A DNA stretch of 64,000 nucleotides. Source: Dehalococcoidia bacterium (lineage in GTDB: Bacteria > Chloroflexota > Dehalococcoidia > Lucifugimonadales > UBA3495). The notes under the pieces were generated by a model. The model had not been told where the DNA came from and did no database searches. It saw only the letters and a list, made by a program, of their open reading frames with translations. Below are positions 26,333 through 36,150 of this stretch, piece by piece (positions within the stretch are counted from its first letter, which is position 1; every line of letters starts with the position of its first letter). Location: positions 130,456 through 194,455 of the forward strand of contig CBDHDK010000002.1 in the NCBI GenBank assembly GCA_965261355.1, given 5' to 3'. The translations under genes were made by a program, and so were the position numbers.

Positions 26333-27253
26333 GTGTTCCCCGGACAGGGGTCGCAGAAGGTAGGAATGGGCGAGGCGCTCCGCGAGTCTTCAGCGGCCGC
26401 GCGCATGACCTTCGAGGAAGCGGACGACAGTCTGGGGTTCCCCATTTCCCGAATGATATTTGAAGGCCCCGCCGGGGAACTTCAGAACACAGTCAATTCC
26501 CAACCGGCCATCATGACCGTAAGCATTGCTGCCTGGCGTGCATGGCGCGAACTCAGCGGCCCGCAAGTGGCTGACGTTGGCGCGGTCGCCGGACACAGCT
26601 TGGGAGAGTACACGGCGCTGGTCGCGGCCGGGGTCATGGACTTCAGAGACGCGGTGCGACTGGTGCGCCGCCGCGGGGAGCTGATGCACCAGGCCTCCAT
26701 CAACCGGCCTGGCGCCATGGCGGCCATTCTGGGATTGGACGAGCTCGCCTTTGACCAGATCTGCGCCGAGACCGGCGTGGAACTCGCCAACATAAACACC
26801 GACAACCAGATAGTTATCAGCGGCGACCGGATGGCCATTGCCCACGCCGTTGACCTCGCCACCGCCAGAGGCGCACGCAAGGCCGTGCCGCTGCCGGTCA
26901 GCGGCGCGTTCCACTCCTCATTGATGTTCGAGGCCGAGGAGGGCCTGGCCGAGGAACTGACTTCCATCGCGCTTGGAGAGCCGCGAATGCCGATTGTGGC
27001 CAACTGCGACTGCCGGTCCCTGACGACCAGCGCGCAGGTGCGCGAAGAACTGGTGCGGGGCCTCTGCGAATGCGTCCAGTGGAAGGACTCGGTTCGCACA
27101 ATGATAGACTCTGGCATAGGAAACTTCGTCGAGTTTGGCGCAGGCGGCGTGCTGGCGGGGCTAATCAAGCGAATCGACCGGACTGTGGAAGTGTCCGCGG
27201 TTGCCGACCCGGATTCCATTCGCAAGCTGGCCGAGAGCTGGCCCTCTCAATAG
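26333..27253 (+). CDS. fabD: malonyl CoA-ACP transacylase
   Basis: Contains FPGQGSQKVGMG, the GHSLGEY active-site Ser and a GAFHS motif. The first canonical start is GTG at 26333, right at V of VFPGQGSQ, so the true start is uncertain (see findings). Confidence 0.88.
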   Translation: MFPGQGSQKVGMGEALRESSAAARMTFEEADDSLGFPISRMIFEGPAGELQNTVNSQPAIMTVSIAAWRAWRELSGPQVADVGAVAGHSLGEYTALVAAGVMDFRDAVRLVRRRGELMHQASINRPGAMAAILGLDELAFDQICAETGVELANINTDNQIVISGDRMAIAHAVDLATARGARKAVPLPVSGAFHSSLMFEAEEGLAEELTSIALGEPRMPIVANCDCRSLTTSAQVREELVRGLCECVQWKDSVRTMIDSGIGNFVEFGAGGVLAGLIKRIDRTVEVSAVADPDSIRKLAESWPSQ

Positions 27254-27289
27254 CCTGAACCACCCTGAAATACCCAGGGGCCGTGTTAT

Positions 27290-27742
27290 ATGGTCAAGTC
27301 CGTTGACCCCAGGCGCACAGCAAGAACCGTCGCGTTGCAATCCCTGTTTGCCGCCGACGTTCGCGCTCGGAAGGCAGACCCAGACTACGGGTGGATGGAC
27401 GAAGAATTTGATGGATCGGTCATGGAGTTGGCAGGACGCCTTCACCATGGCGTTTGTGAACATTGGCCGGGAATAGACAACCTGATAGGCCGCTACGCGC
27501 CGGCTTGGCCCGTGCCGCAGCTGCCCGTCGTCGATCGCAACATACTGCGTATTGCCATATTCGAACTTTTGCATAATCCGGCGACCCCCCGCAAAACGGC
27601 CGTGGACGAGGCGGTGGAGATAGCCAAGGTGTTCGGTAGTGACAGCTCCCCCAGGTTCGTGAATGGAGTGCTAGGCTCCATCATGTCCAGCCTGGAGACC
27701 GGGGAACTGGCCGCCGCCGAACCCTCGCCTAAAGGGAGATGA
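27290..27742 (+). CDS. nusB: transcription antitermination factor NusB
   Basis: 150 aa with RRTARTVALQSLF, VDRNILRIAIFELL and FVNGVLG motifs. Confidence 0.85.
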   Translation: MVKSVDPRRTARTVALQSLFAADVRARKADPDYGWMDEEFDGSVMELAGRLHHGVCEHWPGIDNLIGRYAPAWPVPQLPVVDRNILRIAIFELLHNPATPRKTAVDEAVEIAKVFGSDSSPRFVNGVLGSIMSSLETGELAAAEPSPKGR

Positions 27743-27745
27743 ACC

Positions 27746-28006
27746 TTGCCCACGATTTACGATCGAGTCAAAGACATAGTTGTAGACAAGCTGGGAGTCG
27801 ACGAAGGGGACGTGTCTGAAGGCGCGTCCTTCGTTGAAGACCTGAACGCCGACTCCCTCGACCTGGTGGAACTCATCATGGCCTTTGAGGAGGAGTTCAC
27901 CACCGAGGGGAATCCGCTGGAGATACCCGACGAAGACGCCGGCGGCATAGCCACCGTCGGGGACGCGGTGACCTACCTGAAGGGCCGCGGAATCGAAGAC
28001 TCCTGA
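27746..28006 (+). CDS. acpP: acyl carrier protein
   Basis: 86 aa with the phosphopantetheine site [22 protein letters not shown] start 7 nt after AAAGGGAG. Confidence 0.9.
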   Translation: MPTIYDRVKDIVVDKLGVDEGDVSEGASFVEDLNADSLDLVELIMAFEEEFTTEGNPLEIPDEDAGGIATVGDAVTYLKGRGIEDS

Positions 28007-28084
28007 GGCGCCCGGCAGCGTCAGAACCCGGGAGAGCACGGCTGCATTACCTGCCCAAGCGGGGCACGGCTGAGGAGCTAGGCT

Positions 28085-28816
28085 ATGAATAGCCTGGACG
28101 AGGTGGCCCAAGCGGTCCGCGGATGCACCGATTGCCCGCTGCACCGGGGCCGCACCAATGCCGTCCCCGGCGAGGGCAACCCTTCCGCGGAACTTATGTT
28201 CATCGGCGAGGGGCCCGGGTTTCACGAAGACCGTCAGGGGCGCCCGTTTGTGGGACCGGCCGGGCAGTTTCTTGAAGGCCTGCTGGCGACGATCGGCACC
28301 AACCGCGACGATGTCTTCATAGCCAACATGGTGAAGTGCCGGCCTCCAGACAACCGCGACCCTGATCCGTCGGAAATCGCCTCCTGCAGCAAGTACCTGG
28401 AACGGCAGATAGAGCTGGTGAATCCGAAGCTAATCGTAACCTTGGGCCGGTTCTCGCTGGGCCGCTTTTTCCCGGGGGAGAGCGTTACCCGTGCCCGCGG
28501 CAAACTGCGCCACAAGGACGGCCGGGCCATCTTTCCGGTGCTGCACCCTGCCGCCGCCCTGCGAAGGAACGAACTGCGAAAAACGCTGGTGGACGACTTC
28601 AGGGCGATCGCCGCGCTTCTTGAGTCCGAGGAACTGCCTGAGCCGCAGGGGGAAGCCCGCGCTGACAGCACTCTCGCTGAACCTGCCGCAATGCAACTCG
28701 ACATCTTCGGGGCAGTAGCGTCTCCTCCTCCGCCACCCGCCGAGGAACCTCAGGAAGAACCCTCTCCAACTGAACAGGGACAGCCAGATGGGCCGCAGCA
28801 GCTCACCCTGCTCTAG
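28085..28816 (+). CDS. family 4 uracil-DNA glycosylase with about 65-aa Pro/Glu-rich C-terminal extension
   Basis: Contains C..C.L...R...V.GEGNP.AELMFIGEGPG..ED..G.PFVG.AG and the HPAA motif. The tail contains QLDIF and ends in QQLTLL. Confidence 0.85.
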   Translation: MNSLDEVAQAVRGCTDCPLHRGRTNAVPGEGNPSAELMFIGEGPGFHEDRQGRPFVGPAGQFLEGLLATIGTNRDDVFIANMVKCRPPDNRDPDPSEIASCSKYLERQIELVNPKLIVTLGRFSLGRFFPGESVTRARGKLRHKDGRAIFPVLHPAAALRRNELRKTLVDDFRAIAALLESEELPEPQGEARADSTLAEPAAMQLDIFGAVASPPPPPAEEPQEEPSPTEQGQPDGPQQLTLL

Positions 28817-29013
28817 GAACGGCTCGTATTACCGTAGAGACTTCCGATTCGGCGGCATAGCTGCATACATTATTTCCGGCGAAGGCTGGTCCGGTGAAGA
28901 CTTGGTGAAGAATCCGCGACAGCGGCATTCTGCTCCGTTGCGTGCTTCGGGGATTGTCGCTTTTCCGCCCACGACCTACTTGCGTATCAATCGCCTTCCC
29001 GAGCCTGCCCTGA

Positions 29014-30732
29014 ATGCAGCGAAGGCAGGGCGCCGTCAACACGACACACTTTCTGAAAGGACCGAAAATCATCTTGGCTGAAAAACTGCGCATCATTCCC
29101 CTGGGAGGGCTGGGGGAAATCGGCAAGAACATGATGGCCCTCGAATTCGGCGACGACATTGTCATCGTAGACTGCGGCGTCCAGTTCCCGGAGGAGGGAA
29201 TGCTGGGCGTCGACCTCATAATCCCAGACGTTTCCTACCTGGTGGAGCGGGCTGACCGTGTTCGCGGCATACTCATCACCCACGGGCACGAGGACCACAT
29301 CGGTGCGCTGCCCTTCGTACTGCCGCAGCTTCCGGTGCCGGTGTTCGCGCCGCTGCTGGCCCAGGGGCTGATTTCTGCGAAGCTCAAGGAACGCCGTGCC
29401 ACTCGCGAGTTCACGACGACGCCCATCGAGCCCGGTATCCCGTACCAGTTCGGGCAGCATTTCGCCGCCCGCTGGTTCCGGGTGTGCCACAGCATTCCCG
29501 ACGCCATGGGCATTGCCATCAGCACCCCGATCGGCACCGTGATACACACTGGCGACTTCAAGATCGACCACACTCCCGTCGACGGGCGCACCTTCGACCT
29601 GACTGCCCTTGCCAACTACGGCTCAGAGGGCGTGCTGCTGCTTCTGTCGGACTCCACCTACGCCGAGGTTCCCGGCTACACGGCTTCCGAGCAGGTAGTG
29701 GGCGAGGCGCTGGACCGGGCTATCCGCGAGGCGCCCGGGCGGGTGATGGTCGCCACCTTCGCGTCCCTGGTATCTCGGGTGCAGCAGGTGGTGAACGCCG
29801 CCGAGCGATACGGCCGCAAGGTCAGCATAGTCGGCCGGAGCATGGTGGACACGGTCAACGTGGCCTCCGATCTCGGGTACCTGCGACTGCCGCCCGGCAT
29901 CCTGCTGCCGCTGAACGCGACCCGCAACCTGCCGCCTGAGCAGGTGGTGCTGATGACCACCGGCAGCCAGGGTGAGCCGACCTCGGCGCTGGTACGAATT
30001 TCCAACAATGAGCACCGGGACGTGAAGATAATGCCCGGGGACACTGTGGTTGTCAGCGCGACACCCATACCGGGCAACGAAGTGCCGGTCAGCCGAACCA
30101 TCGACAACCTGCTGCGGCAGGGGGCGCGGGTGCTCCACGACAAGGTAGCCACGGTGCACGTCCACGGGCACGCCAGCCAAGAGGAGCTCAAGCTGGTGCT
30201 CAGCCTGGTCAAGCCGCGCTACTTCGTTCCGGTGCACGGCGAGTACCGGCACCTTAATGCCCACGCCCAACTGGCCTGGGACATGGGGGTCGCCAAAGAG
30301 GGAATCTTCGTCCTGGAAGACGGCGACGTGCTGGAACTGGACGCGAACAGCGGCGCCACGGGCGAGCGCATCAAGGCCGGGCCCATCTACGTGGACGGCA
30401 TTTCCCGACGCGATGTCCAGAGTCCCGTGCTGTCTCAACGGCGCAGCCTTTCGAAGGACGGCGTCGTAGTCGTGGTGCTGACCATTGGGCAGGACACCCG
30501 GATTCCGACCGTGCGCCCGCTCACGGTTGCCAGCGGGTTTATGGAAGAAGGGGAGACGGGCGCGCTGTTCGAGGAGCTGGGGGAGCACCTGGTCGCTGAG
30601 CTCTCGTCCAATGGCGGCCCACCCGTGAGCAACGACGAATTGAAGCGCAAAGTGCGCGAAACTGCCCGCAGCTTCATAGCTAACGCCACCCGGCGATCGC
30701 CTATGATAATACCCGTGGTGACCGAGGTCTGA
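29014..30732 (+). CDS. rnj: ribonuclease J
   Basis: 572 aa with LRIIPLGGLGEIGKNMM, the HGHEDHIGA MBL motif and a beta-CASP region. An alternative TTG start at 29074 is possible. Confidence 0.9.
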   Translation: MQRRQGAVNTTHFLKGPKIILAEKLRIIPLGGLGEIGKNMMALEFGDDIVIVDCGVQFPEEGMLGVDLIIPDVSYLVERADRVRGILITHGHEDHIGALPFVLPQLPVPVFAPLLAQGLISAKLKERRATREFTTTPIEPGIPYQFGQHFAARWFRVCHSIPDAMGIAISTPIGTVIHTGDFKIDHTPVDGRTFDLTALANYGSEGVLLLLSDSTYAEVPGYTASEQVVGEALDRAIREAPGRVMVATFASLVSRVQQVVNAAERYGRKVSIVGRSMVDTVNVASDLGYLRLPPGILLPLNATRNLPPEQVVLMTTGSQGEPTSALVRISNNEHRDVKIMPGDTVVVSATPIPGNEVPVSRTIDNLLRQGARVLHDKVATVHVHGHASQEELKLVLSLVKPRYFVPVHGEYRHLNAHAQLAWDMGVAKEGIFVLEDGDVLELDANSGATGERIKAGPIYVDGISRRDVQSPVLSQRRSLSKDGVVVVVLTIGQDTRIPTVRPLTVASGFMEEGETGALFEELGEHLVAELSSNGGPPVSNDELKRKVRETARSFIANATRRSPMIIPVVTEV

Positions 30733-30811
30733 TAAATCCGAATACCTCTAGGCAGGGCGCGCCCCATTAGCTCTTGGGGCGTGAGTCCTTTTTCTTCTTT
30801 ATCTCCCTGCC

Positions 30812-33109
30812 TTGCCTGTGACAGTGGTCCGCCCCCGGTTGCCGCGGCATAACCGTTGGGAGGTGGCTTGTGTGGTGACTTCGGCAAAAGTGGGGCATTC
30901 CGGTGCCTCCCCTCCGTTATCATTCTCCCTGCGCGACAGTCCGTGGCTTATCGTTGACACCCTGGTAATAGCGGCCCTGGCAGTAATTGGAGCAGTATTC
31001 CTTTTTCTTTATCCTGACGCCAGGGAATCGACATATCAGGCACTGGGCTACGGGTGGGCACTGGTCGCGCTCTGGGCGGCATCGGCGGCATTCGCTCTCA
31101 GGTACATGCCGCGCCAGCTCTTCCGGTACTGGAGACGCTGGGCCGTGGCCGCCGCTTTCGTGGCCCTGTCCGTCGGCGGACTGTCCTACGTCAGCCCCGG
31201 CGACGGGCTTCTGGAGGAAGTTTCCTACGCCGGACGCTGGGGCACGGCCATTGGAGGACCGACGCTTCTCCCCTTCGGGCTGGTGAAGCTGTTGGCCATC
31301 GTCGCGTTCGTGCCGCTGATGCTGTTTCCGCGCATCGCCGGTCCGCTGTATTCCCGCGCCGCGTCCTGGTCTTGGCGACACTTCCTGCTGGCCGCGGGAT
31401 ACCTGTACATCGGAATCCGGCATGCCGGTTCGGTCTTTGGCTCCATGAGCGACCGGGCTCGGGCGGGCAGAGCCCGGCAATTGGCCCAGAAGTCCGAAGA
31501 CAAAGACGGCGAGGAGCAGGAAGAAAAGCCTGCGCCTTCCGTCGTCCCGGAACCGGCCCAGGAAAAACGTTCACGCCATATCAGCGTGTCCGACATCTGG
31601 GACAAGGCCACGGCGCCCGACCCCCACGACGACTACGGCGAGGACTACGCGCCGCCGTGGGAGACGGCCCGGTCCAACTACGCACCTCCGCTGGCGGACC
31701 CGAACGCCGGGCCAATCTGGCGGTTGCCGTCGGTGGAACTGCTGGCGCCACCCGAGTCCGTCGAGGCTTCTCAGGAGACCCTCGTGGATATGGGACACCT
31801 CGTCGAGGAAACGCTGGCGGACCACGGCGTCCGGGTGGAGGTATCCGATATCAAGGCCGGCCCCCGGGTGGTGCAGTTCGGGCTCTCGCCCGGTTGGGTC
31901 CCCAAGAAAGGCGGCGACAGCGAGGACGGGTCCGGCTCACGCGGCCGGGTCAAAGTGCAGAGCATCCTGACGCGTGAGAAGGACCTCGCACTGGCGCTGA
32001 TGACCCCCTACCTTCGAGTCGAGTCCCCCGTCCTGGGCACGAACCTCGTGGGGCTCGAGGTGCCGGTACCCACTCCGACGAAGGTGCACCTTCGCGCGGT
32101 GCTGGAAACGCCGGAGTTCGCCAAGGTCTTGAAGAAGGGCGGCCTGCCCATCGCCATGGGGCAGGACACCGGCGGGGCCCCCGTGGCCCTCGACCTGGCC
32201 GCGCTGCCTCACATGCTCATCGCGGGCGCCACGGGCAGCGGCAAAAGCGTACAGATCAACTCCATAATCGCCTCGTTTCTCCTGACCAAGACGCCGGACC
32301 AACTTCGTATGCTGATGGTGGACCCCAAACGGGTGGAGCTCACGCCGTTCAACGGCATCCCCCACCTGATCCAGCCGGTCATCGTGGAGGCGGAGGAGGT
32401 CACCGACGCCCTGCGCGGCCTGAACCGGGAAATGATCCGCCGCTACAAGCAGATGGAGGAAATGGGCGTCCGCAACATCGAGGGCTACAACGGCAAGTCC
32501 GAGGATAAGATGCCCTTCCTGGTGCTGGTCGTGGACGAGCTGGCCGACCTGATGATGGTCGCTGGCTTCGAGGTGGAGCAAAGCCTGGTGCGCCTGGCGC
32601 AGCTGGGACGCGCCGCTGGCATACATCTGCTACTGGCGACGCAGCGTCCATCGGTGAACGTGGTCACCGGCCTTCTCAAGGCCAACATCCCGGCGCGCTG
32701 CGCCTTCGCGGTTTCCGGTCAGGTGGACTCCCGCGTCATCCTGGACTCCGCAGGGGCGGAGAAGCTGATGGGCAAAGGCGACTCACTGATCCTGCACAAG
32801 GAATCGCCCAAGGCCCAGCGGATGCAGGGCGCGTTGGTCTACGACGAGGAAGTCGAGGAGCTGGTCAAATTTTGGAAGCAGCAGGAGGGCCCGCCGGTCC
32901 CACCCATCCATTTGCTGACCGACGAGGATGACGACGACGCAGAGTCGCTGAACCTGGACGCAGACCAGATGGACATGGCCCGCGACCTGGCGGCGCGCAA
33001 CCCCAACATCGGCACCTCGGTGCTGGAGCGCCGCCTGAAGGTGGGCGGACGAAAGGCCGAGGAAATACTGGAGGTCCTGGAAGACGAGGGATACCTGGTG
33101 CCTCGCTGA
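30812..33109 (+). CDS. ftsK: DNA translocase FtsK
   Basis: 765 aa: N-terminal TM helices, a linker, a motor domain with Walker A IAGATGSGKSV and LVVDELADLMM, and a C-terminal gamma (winged-helix) domain. The TTG start is uncertain. Confidence 0.9.
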   Translation: MPVTVVRPRLPRHNRWEVACVVTSAKVGHSGASPPLSFSLRDSPWLIVDTLVIAALAVIGAVFLFLYPDARESTYQALGYGWALVALWAASAAFALRYMPRQLFRYWRRWAVAAAFVALSVGGLSYVSPGDGLLEEVSYAGRWGTAIGGPTLLPFGLVKLLAIVAFVPLMLFPRIAGPLYSRAASWSWRHFLLAAGYLYIGIRHAGSVFGSMSDRARAGRARQLAQKSEDKDGEEQEEKPAPSVVPEPAQEKRSRHISVSDIWDKATAPDPHDDYGEDYAPPWETARSNYAPPLADPNAGPIWRLPSVELLAPPESVEASQETLVDMGHLVEETLADHGVRVEVSDIKAGPRVVQFGLSPGWVPKKGGDSEDGSGSRGRVKVQSILTREKDLALALMTPYLRVESPVLGTNLVGLEVPVPTPTKVHLRAVLETPEFAKVLKKGGLPIAMGQDTGGAPVALDLAALPHMLIAGATGSGKSVQINSIIASFLLTKTPDQLRMLMVDPKRVELTPFNGIPHLIQPVIVEAEEVTDALRGLNREMIRRYKQMEEMGVRNIEGYNGKSEDKMPFLVLVVDELADLMMVAGFEVEQSLVRLAQLGRAAGIHLLLATQRPSVNVVTGLLKANIPARCAFAVSGQVDSRVILDSAGAEKLMGKGDSLILHKESPKAQRMQGALVYDEEVEELVKFWKQQEGPPVPPIHLLTDEDDDDAESLNLDADQMDMARDLAARNPNIGTSVLERRLKVGGRKAEEILEVLEDEGYLVPR

Positions 33110-33215
33110 TTCCAGAAAGAACTATTCCGGGAAGAAAACTGCCTTCGGGGGCGCCGCACAATACGGCGCCCCTTCGTTTCGCAAACACGTTTCCCGTGCT
33201 ATCATTGGGCAATTC

Positions 33216-33896
33216 TTGACTAGGCCCCCGGCTGCTGCTGTGCTCATTGACCTCCACACCCACAGCTATCCCATGTCCGACGACAGCTTCATGAGCGTTG
33301 ATGATGCCATCGACGGTGTAAATTCTTTGGGCTTGGACGGCATCTGTCTCACCGATCACGACGCTTTCTGGACTGAGGAGCACACTAGGAAGCTATCAGA
33401 GCGCCACGGCATCCTGGTACTGGCGGGAAGCGAGATCAACACCGACGGCGGCCACGTCCTGGCGTTCGGCCTGCGCGAGTACGAGTTCGGGATGCACAAG
33501 CCGGAGTATCTGCGGGCCTGCGCCGACCGGGACGGCGGTGTGCTCGTCGCCGCGCATCCCCACCGCCGCCGCTTCCTGGAGGAGCCGGGCCGCGATCCCG
33601 AGGCTCGTGCCGGCATGATGGAGCGGGCTCTGGAAGACCCTTTCTTCGGGCTGTGCGAGGCTGTCGAAGCGCTGAACGGTCGTGGGTCCGAGGCCCAGAA
33701 CCGCTACTCCTGCGACCTGGGGGCCTCGCTGGGGCTGCCTTCCACCGCCGGCAGCGACGCTCACCGCGTGGGGCAGCTCGGGACGGCTGCAACCGAGTTC
33801 CAGGGCAAGGTGGAATGCCTGGCCGACCTGATCCGCCTACTCAGGGCCGGGCAGTTCCGACCGGTGAACCTGCGGGCCGGCGTACCGGGCAGGTAA
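33216..33896 (+). CDS. PHP (polymerase/histidinol phosphatase) domain metal-dependent phosphoesterase
   Basis: Contains IDLHTHSYPMSDD, CLTDHD and a later AGSDAH motif. The start may instead be the GTG about 24 nt downstream. Confidence 0.75.
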   Translation: MTRPPAAAVLIDLHTHSYPMSDDSFMSVDDAIDGVNSLGLDGICLTDHDAFWTEEHTRKLSERHGILVLAGSEINTDGGHVLAFGLREYEFGMHKPEYLRACADRDGGVLVAAHPHRRRFLEEPGRDPEARAGMMERALEDPFFGLCEAVEALNGRGSEAQNRYSCDLGASLGLPSTAGSDAHRVGQLGTAATEFQGKVECLADLIRLLRAGQFRPVNLRAGVPGR

Positions 33897-33994
33897 CCTC
33901 GCCGAAACAGCGATCCGATCTCCTTCGAATTCCTGTACTTTCACCCCATTTTCCAGGGACCACCAAGCTCGACTGATAGGAGGGAGCGCCTGGC

Positions 33995-34972
33995 ATGGCG
34001 GAAGCCCTGAGAATCGAAAACCTGTTCGTCGAGTTTCGAAGCCCGGCCGGTACGGTCAAGGCCCTGAACGGCATCAGCTTCAGCCAGGAAGAGGGCGAGA
34101 TCTACTGCGTCGTAGGCGAGAGCGGAGCAGGCAAGAGCACCCTGGCGCTGGCCATCATGGGCCTCCTGCCCTACAACTCGTCGATCCTGGGCGGCAGCAT
34201 CTATTTCGAGGGCGTCGACCTGATGCGGGCCGGGCCGGAGTACATCCGGAGCCTGCGCGGCAGCCAGATGTCGATGGTCTTTCAGGACGCGCAGGCCGCC
34301 CTGAACCCGGTGGAGCCCATCGGCTCCCAGCTGGAAGAGGTTATCCACCAGCACAGCAACATGTCGCTGCGGAACGCCAACCGGCTGGCGCAGGAAACGC
34401 TGCGGGAGATGGGCCTGCCCGACCCGAGGCGCGTGATGGGGCAGTATCCCTTCTCCCTGAGCGGCGGCATGTGCCAGCGGGTGATGATGGCCATCGCGCT
34501 GGTGCTGCGCCCCAAGCTGCTGATTGCCGACGAGCCGACATCGGGGCTGGACGTCACCCTGCAGGCGGAGATGCTGGAGAGGCTCAGGGCGCTGGTGCGG
34601 GAGAATGGCTCTTCCATCTTGCTCATCACCCATGATATGGGCGTGGTGGCGTCGATGGCCAAGAGGGTGGGCGTAATCTACGGTGGCAATCTCGTGGAGC
34701 ACGCCGACGTGGTGCCGCTTTTCCGGCGCGCCCAGCACCCATACACCTGGTCCCTGCTACAGTCGCTGCCCCGCCTGGACGAACCGGGCCGACGGATAGA
34801 GCCGTTGCCCGGCAGCCCGCCGGACATGGTGAACATGGGCGAGGAATGCCCCTTCCTGCCGCGGTGCTTCAAGGCGGTGAACCAGTGTCGCAGCCTGCGC
34901 CGTCCCCGCCTGAGCGAGACGGAGGCCGGACACTACGTCGCCTGCTACAACCCGGTGCTGCCCCCGGACTAG
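33995..34972 (+). CDS. ABC transporter ATP-binding protein (oligopeptide/dipeptide DppD/OppD type)
   Basis: Walker A GESGAGKST, signature LSGGMCQR, Walker B LLIADEPTSGLD, and the C-terminal oligopeptide-type extension (HPYT, CPFLPRC). No permease or binding-protein gene lies adjacent. Confidence 0.85.
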   Translation: MAEALRIENLFVEFRSPAGTVKALNGISFSQEEGEIYCVVGESGAGKSTLALAIMGLLPYNSSILGGSIYFEGVDLMRAGPEYIRSLRGSQMSMVFQDAQAALNPVEPIGSQLEEVIHQHSNMSLRNANRLAQETLREMGLPDPRRVMGQYPFSLSGGMCQRVMMAIALVLRPKLLIADEPTSGLDVTLQAEMLERLRALVRENGSSILLITHDMGVVASMAKRVGVIYGGNLVEHADVVPLFRRAQHPYTWSLLQSLPRLDEPGRRIEPLPGSPPDMVNMGEECPFLPRCFKAVNQCRSLRRPRLSETEAGHYVACYNPVLPPD

Positions 34973-34980
34973 AGCCTGGC

Positions 34981-35985
34981 CTACCGGCGCGGGGCTGAGT
35001 CGCCGACCAGGAGCTCGAGAGCCAGGTCGGGATCAAGGCGGCCCTGCTTGATGGCAAGGTCGGCTTCCAGCAGGCGATCGTAGCGCCACGCGATGTCCTG
35101 GCGAGTGTGCCGCCGCGCCTGGTCGGTGGTCTTGCGCACGACGAAGTCCGACGACGTGCCCAGGGCCCGTTTCATCTCGTCGGCGGGCAATCGACGGTCC
35201 ATGGAGTCGCGGGCGAGGGCCAGCAGGCGAAGCTGCCGTTCGACCATGGCGATTATGTACAGCGGGTCCCGCCCGTCGTCGCGCAACTGGGCCAGCAGCC
35301 GCAGCGCGACCTGGGGCCGGCCGTCGATCATCGCGTCCACTGCCTCGAAGATGCTGGCCTCGCGCACTTGCGACACCATCAGCCGCACGTCTGACTCGTC
35401 GATCTGACGTCCAGTCGCGTAGAGGGACAGCTTTTCCAGCTCCTGGTCCAGCGTCCACAGGTCGCCGCCCACAAGGTCGGCCATAGAGCGGATGGCAGCG
35501 GGGCTGATCGCCGCTCCCCTCGCCTCCGCCGTCTCCTTGATCCATCGAGCCAACTGCTCGCCCCGGGGCGCCGTGAGCTCTTCCGCGTTGCAGGGCTGGC
35601 GCAGCAGGCGCAGCAGGGGGTTGTTGGCTGAAATCGCGCCGTCCGACAGTATCAGCAGCGTGGTGTCCGGCATCTGCGGGATGGCGTCGGCCAGGGACTG
35701 CCAGCCGTCTGCGGCGCCACCGCCGCGACGTCCGCGCCCGCGTCCGCCGCTACTGCCGGAGCGCGATTCGGCGGTGGCAAGGAGGCCGTCGACCACGACC
35801 TGGCGCAGCGGGTCCATGAAGGGTATGGCCATGCATACACCCAGCAGTTCCTGCGGGGCAACCTGCCCGCCCTGCATCTTGTGCCGGTTGGCGTCCAGCA
35901 GGTCATTGGCCCCGAGCTCCGCCTCCAGCGCCGCCAGTCGCTGACGCACGAGGAAGCTGTCGCCGTAGACAAGGAAAGCTGGCAA
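34981..35985 (-). CDS. holA: DNA polymerase III delta subunit
   Basis: The C-terminal 334 codons of the 742-aa ORF look like HolA (PAFLVYGDSFLV..., late LLEADLAIKQG). I propose the TTG start at 35985, with GGAG 6 nt upstream and TATAAT about 35 nt upstream. The rest of the long ORF is antisense to the LLM gene. Confidence 0.7.
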   Translation of the reverse strand: MPAFLVYGDSFLVRQRLAALEAELGANDLLDANRHKMQGGQVAPQELLGVCMAIPFMDPLRQVVVDGLLATAESRSGSSGGRGRGRRGGGAADGWQSLADAIPQMPDTTLLILSDGAISANNPLLRLLRQPCNAEELTAPRGEQLARWIKETAEARGAAISPAAIRSMADLVGGDLWTLDQELEKLSLYATGRQIDESDVRLMVSQVREASIFEAVDAMIDGRPQVALRLLAQLRDDGRDPLYIIAMVERQLRLLALARDSMDRRLPADEMKRALGTSSDFVVRKTTDQARRHTRQDIAWRYDRLLEADLAIKQGRLDPDLALELLVGDSAPRR

Positions 35986-36150
35986 GAGCCACTCCGAACA
36001 TCGAGTCAGACCCGCGGGGATTATAGCATCGGCATCCCAAGAGACAGGCAGCCTTGGCGGGGTCGCCCACTGTGGCGGCTTCCGGCGGTCTGTGGAATAA
36101 TGAGCCGTCTTTCCAATCACCCCCAACTGCCGGATGCTGGAATTTATCGA

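Noticed and set aside
33995-34972. Orphan oligopeptide-type ABC ATPase as part of a novel transporter or system
   Set aside because: No permease, binding protein or second ATPase is adjacent, and the flanking genes (PHP phosphoesterase, holA) are unrelated. Orphan ABC ATPases are common, and nothing specific points to a system.
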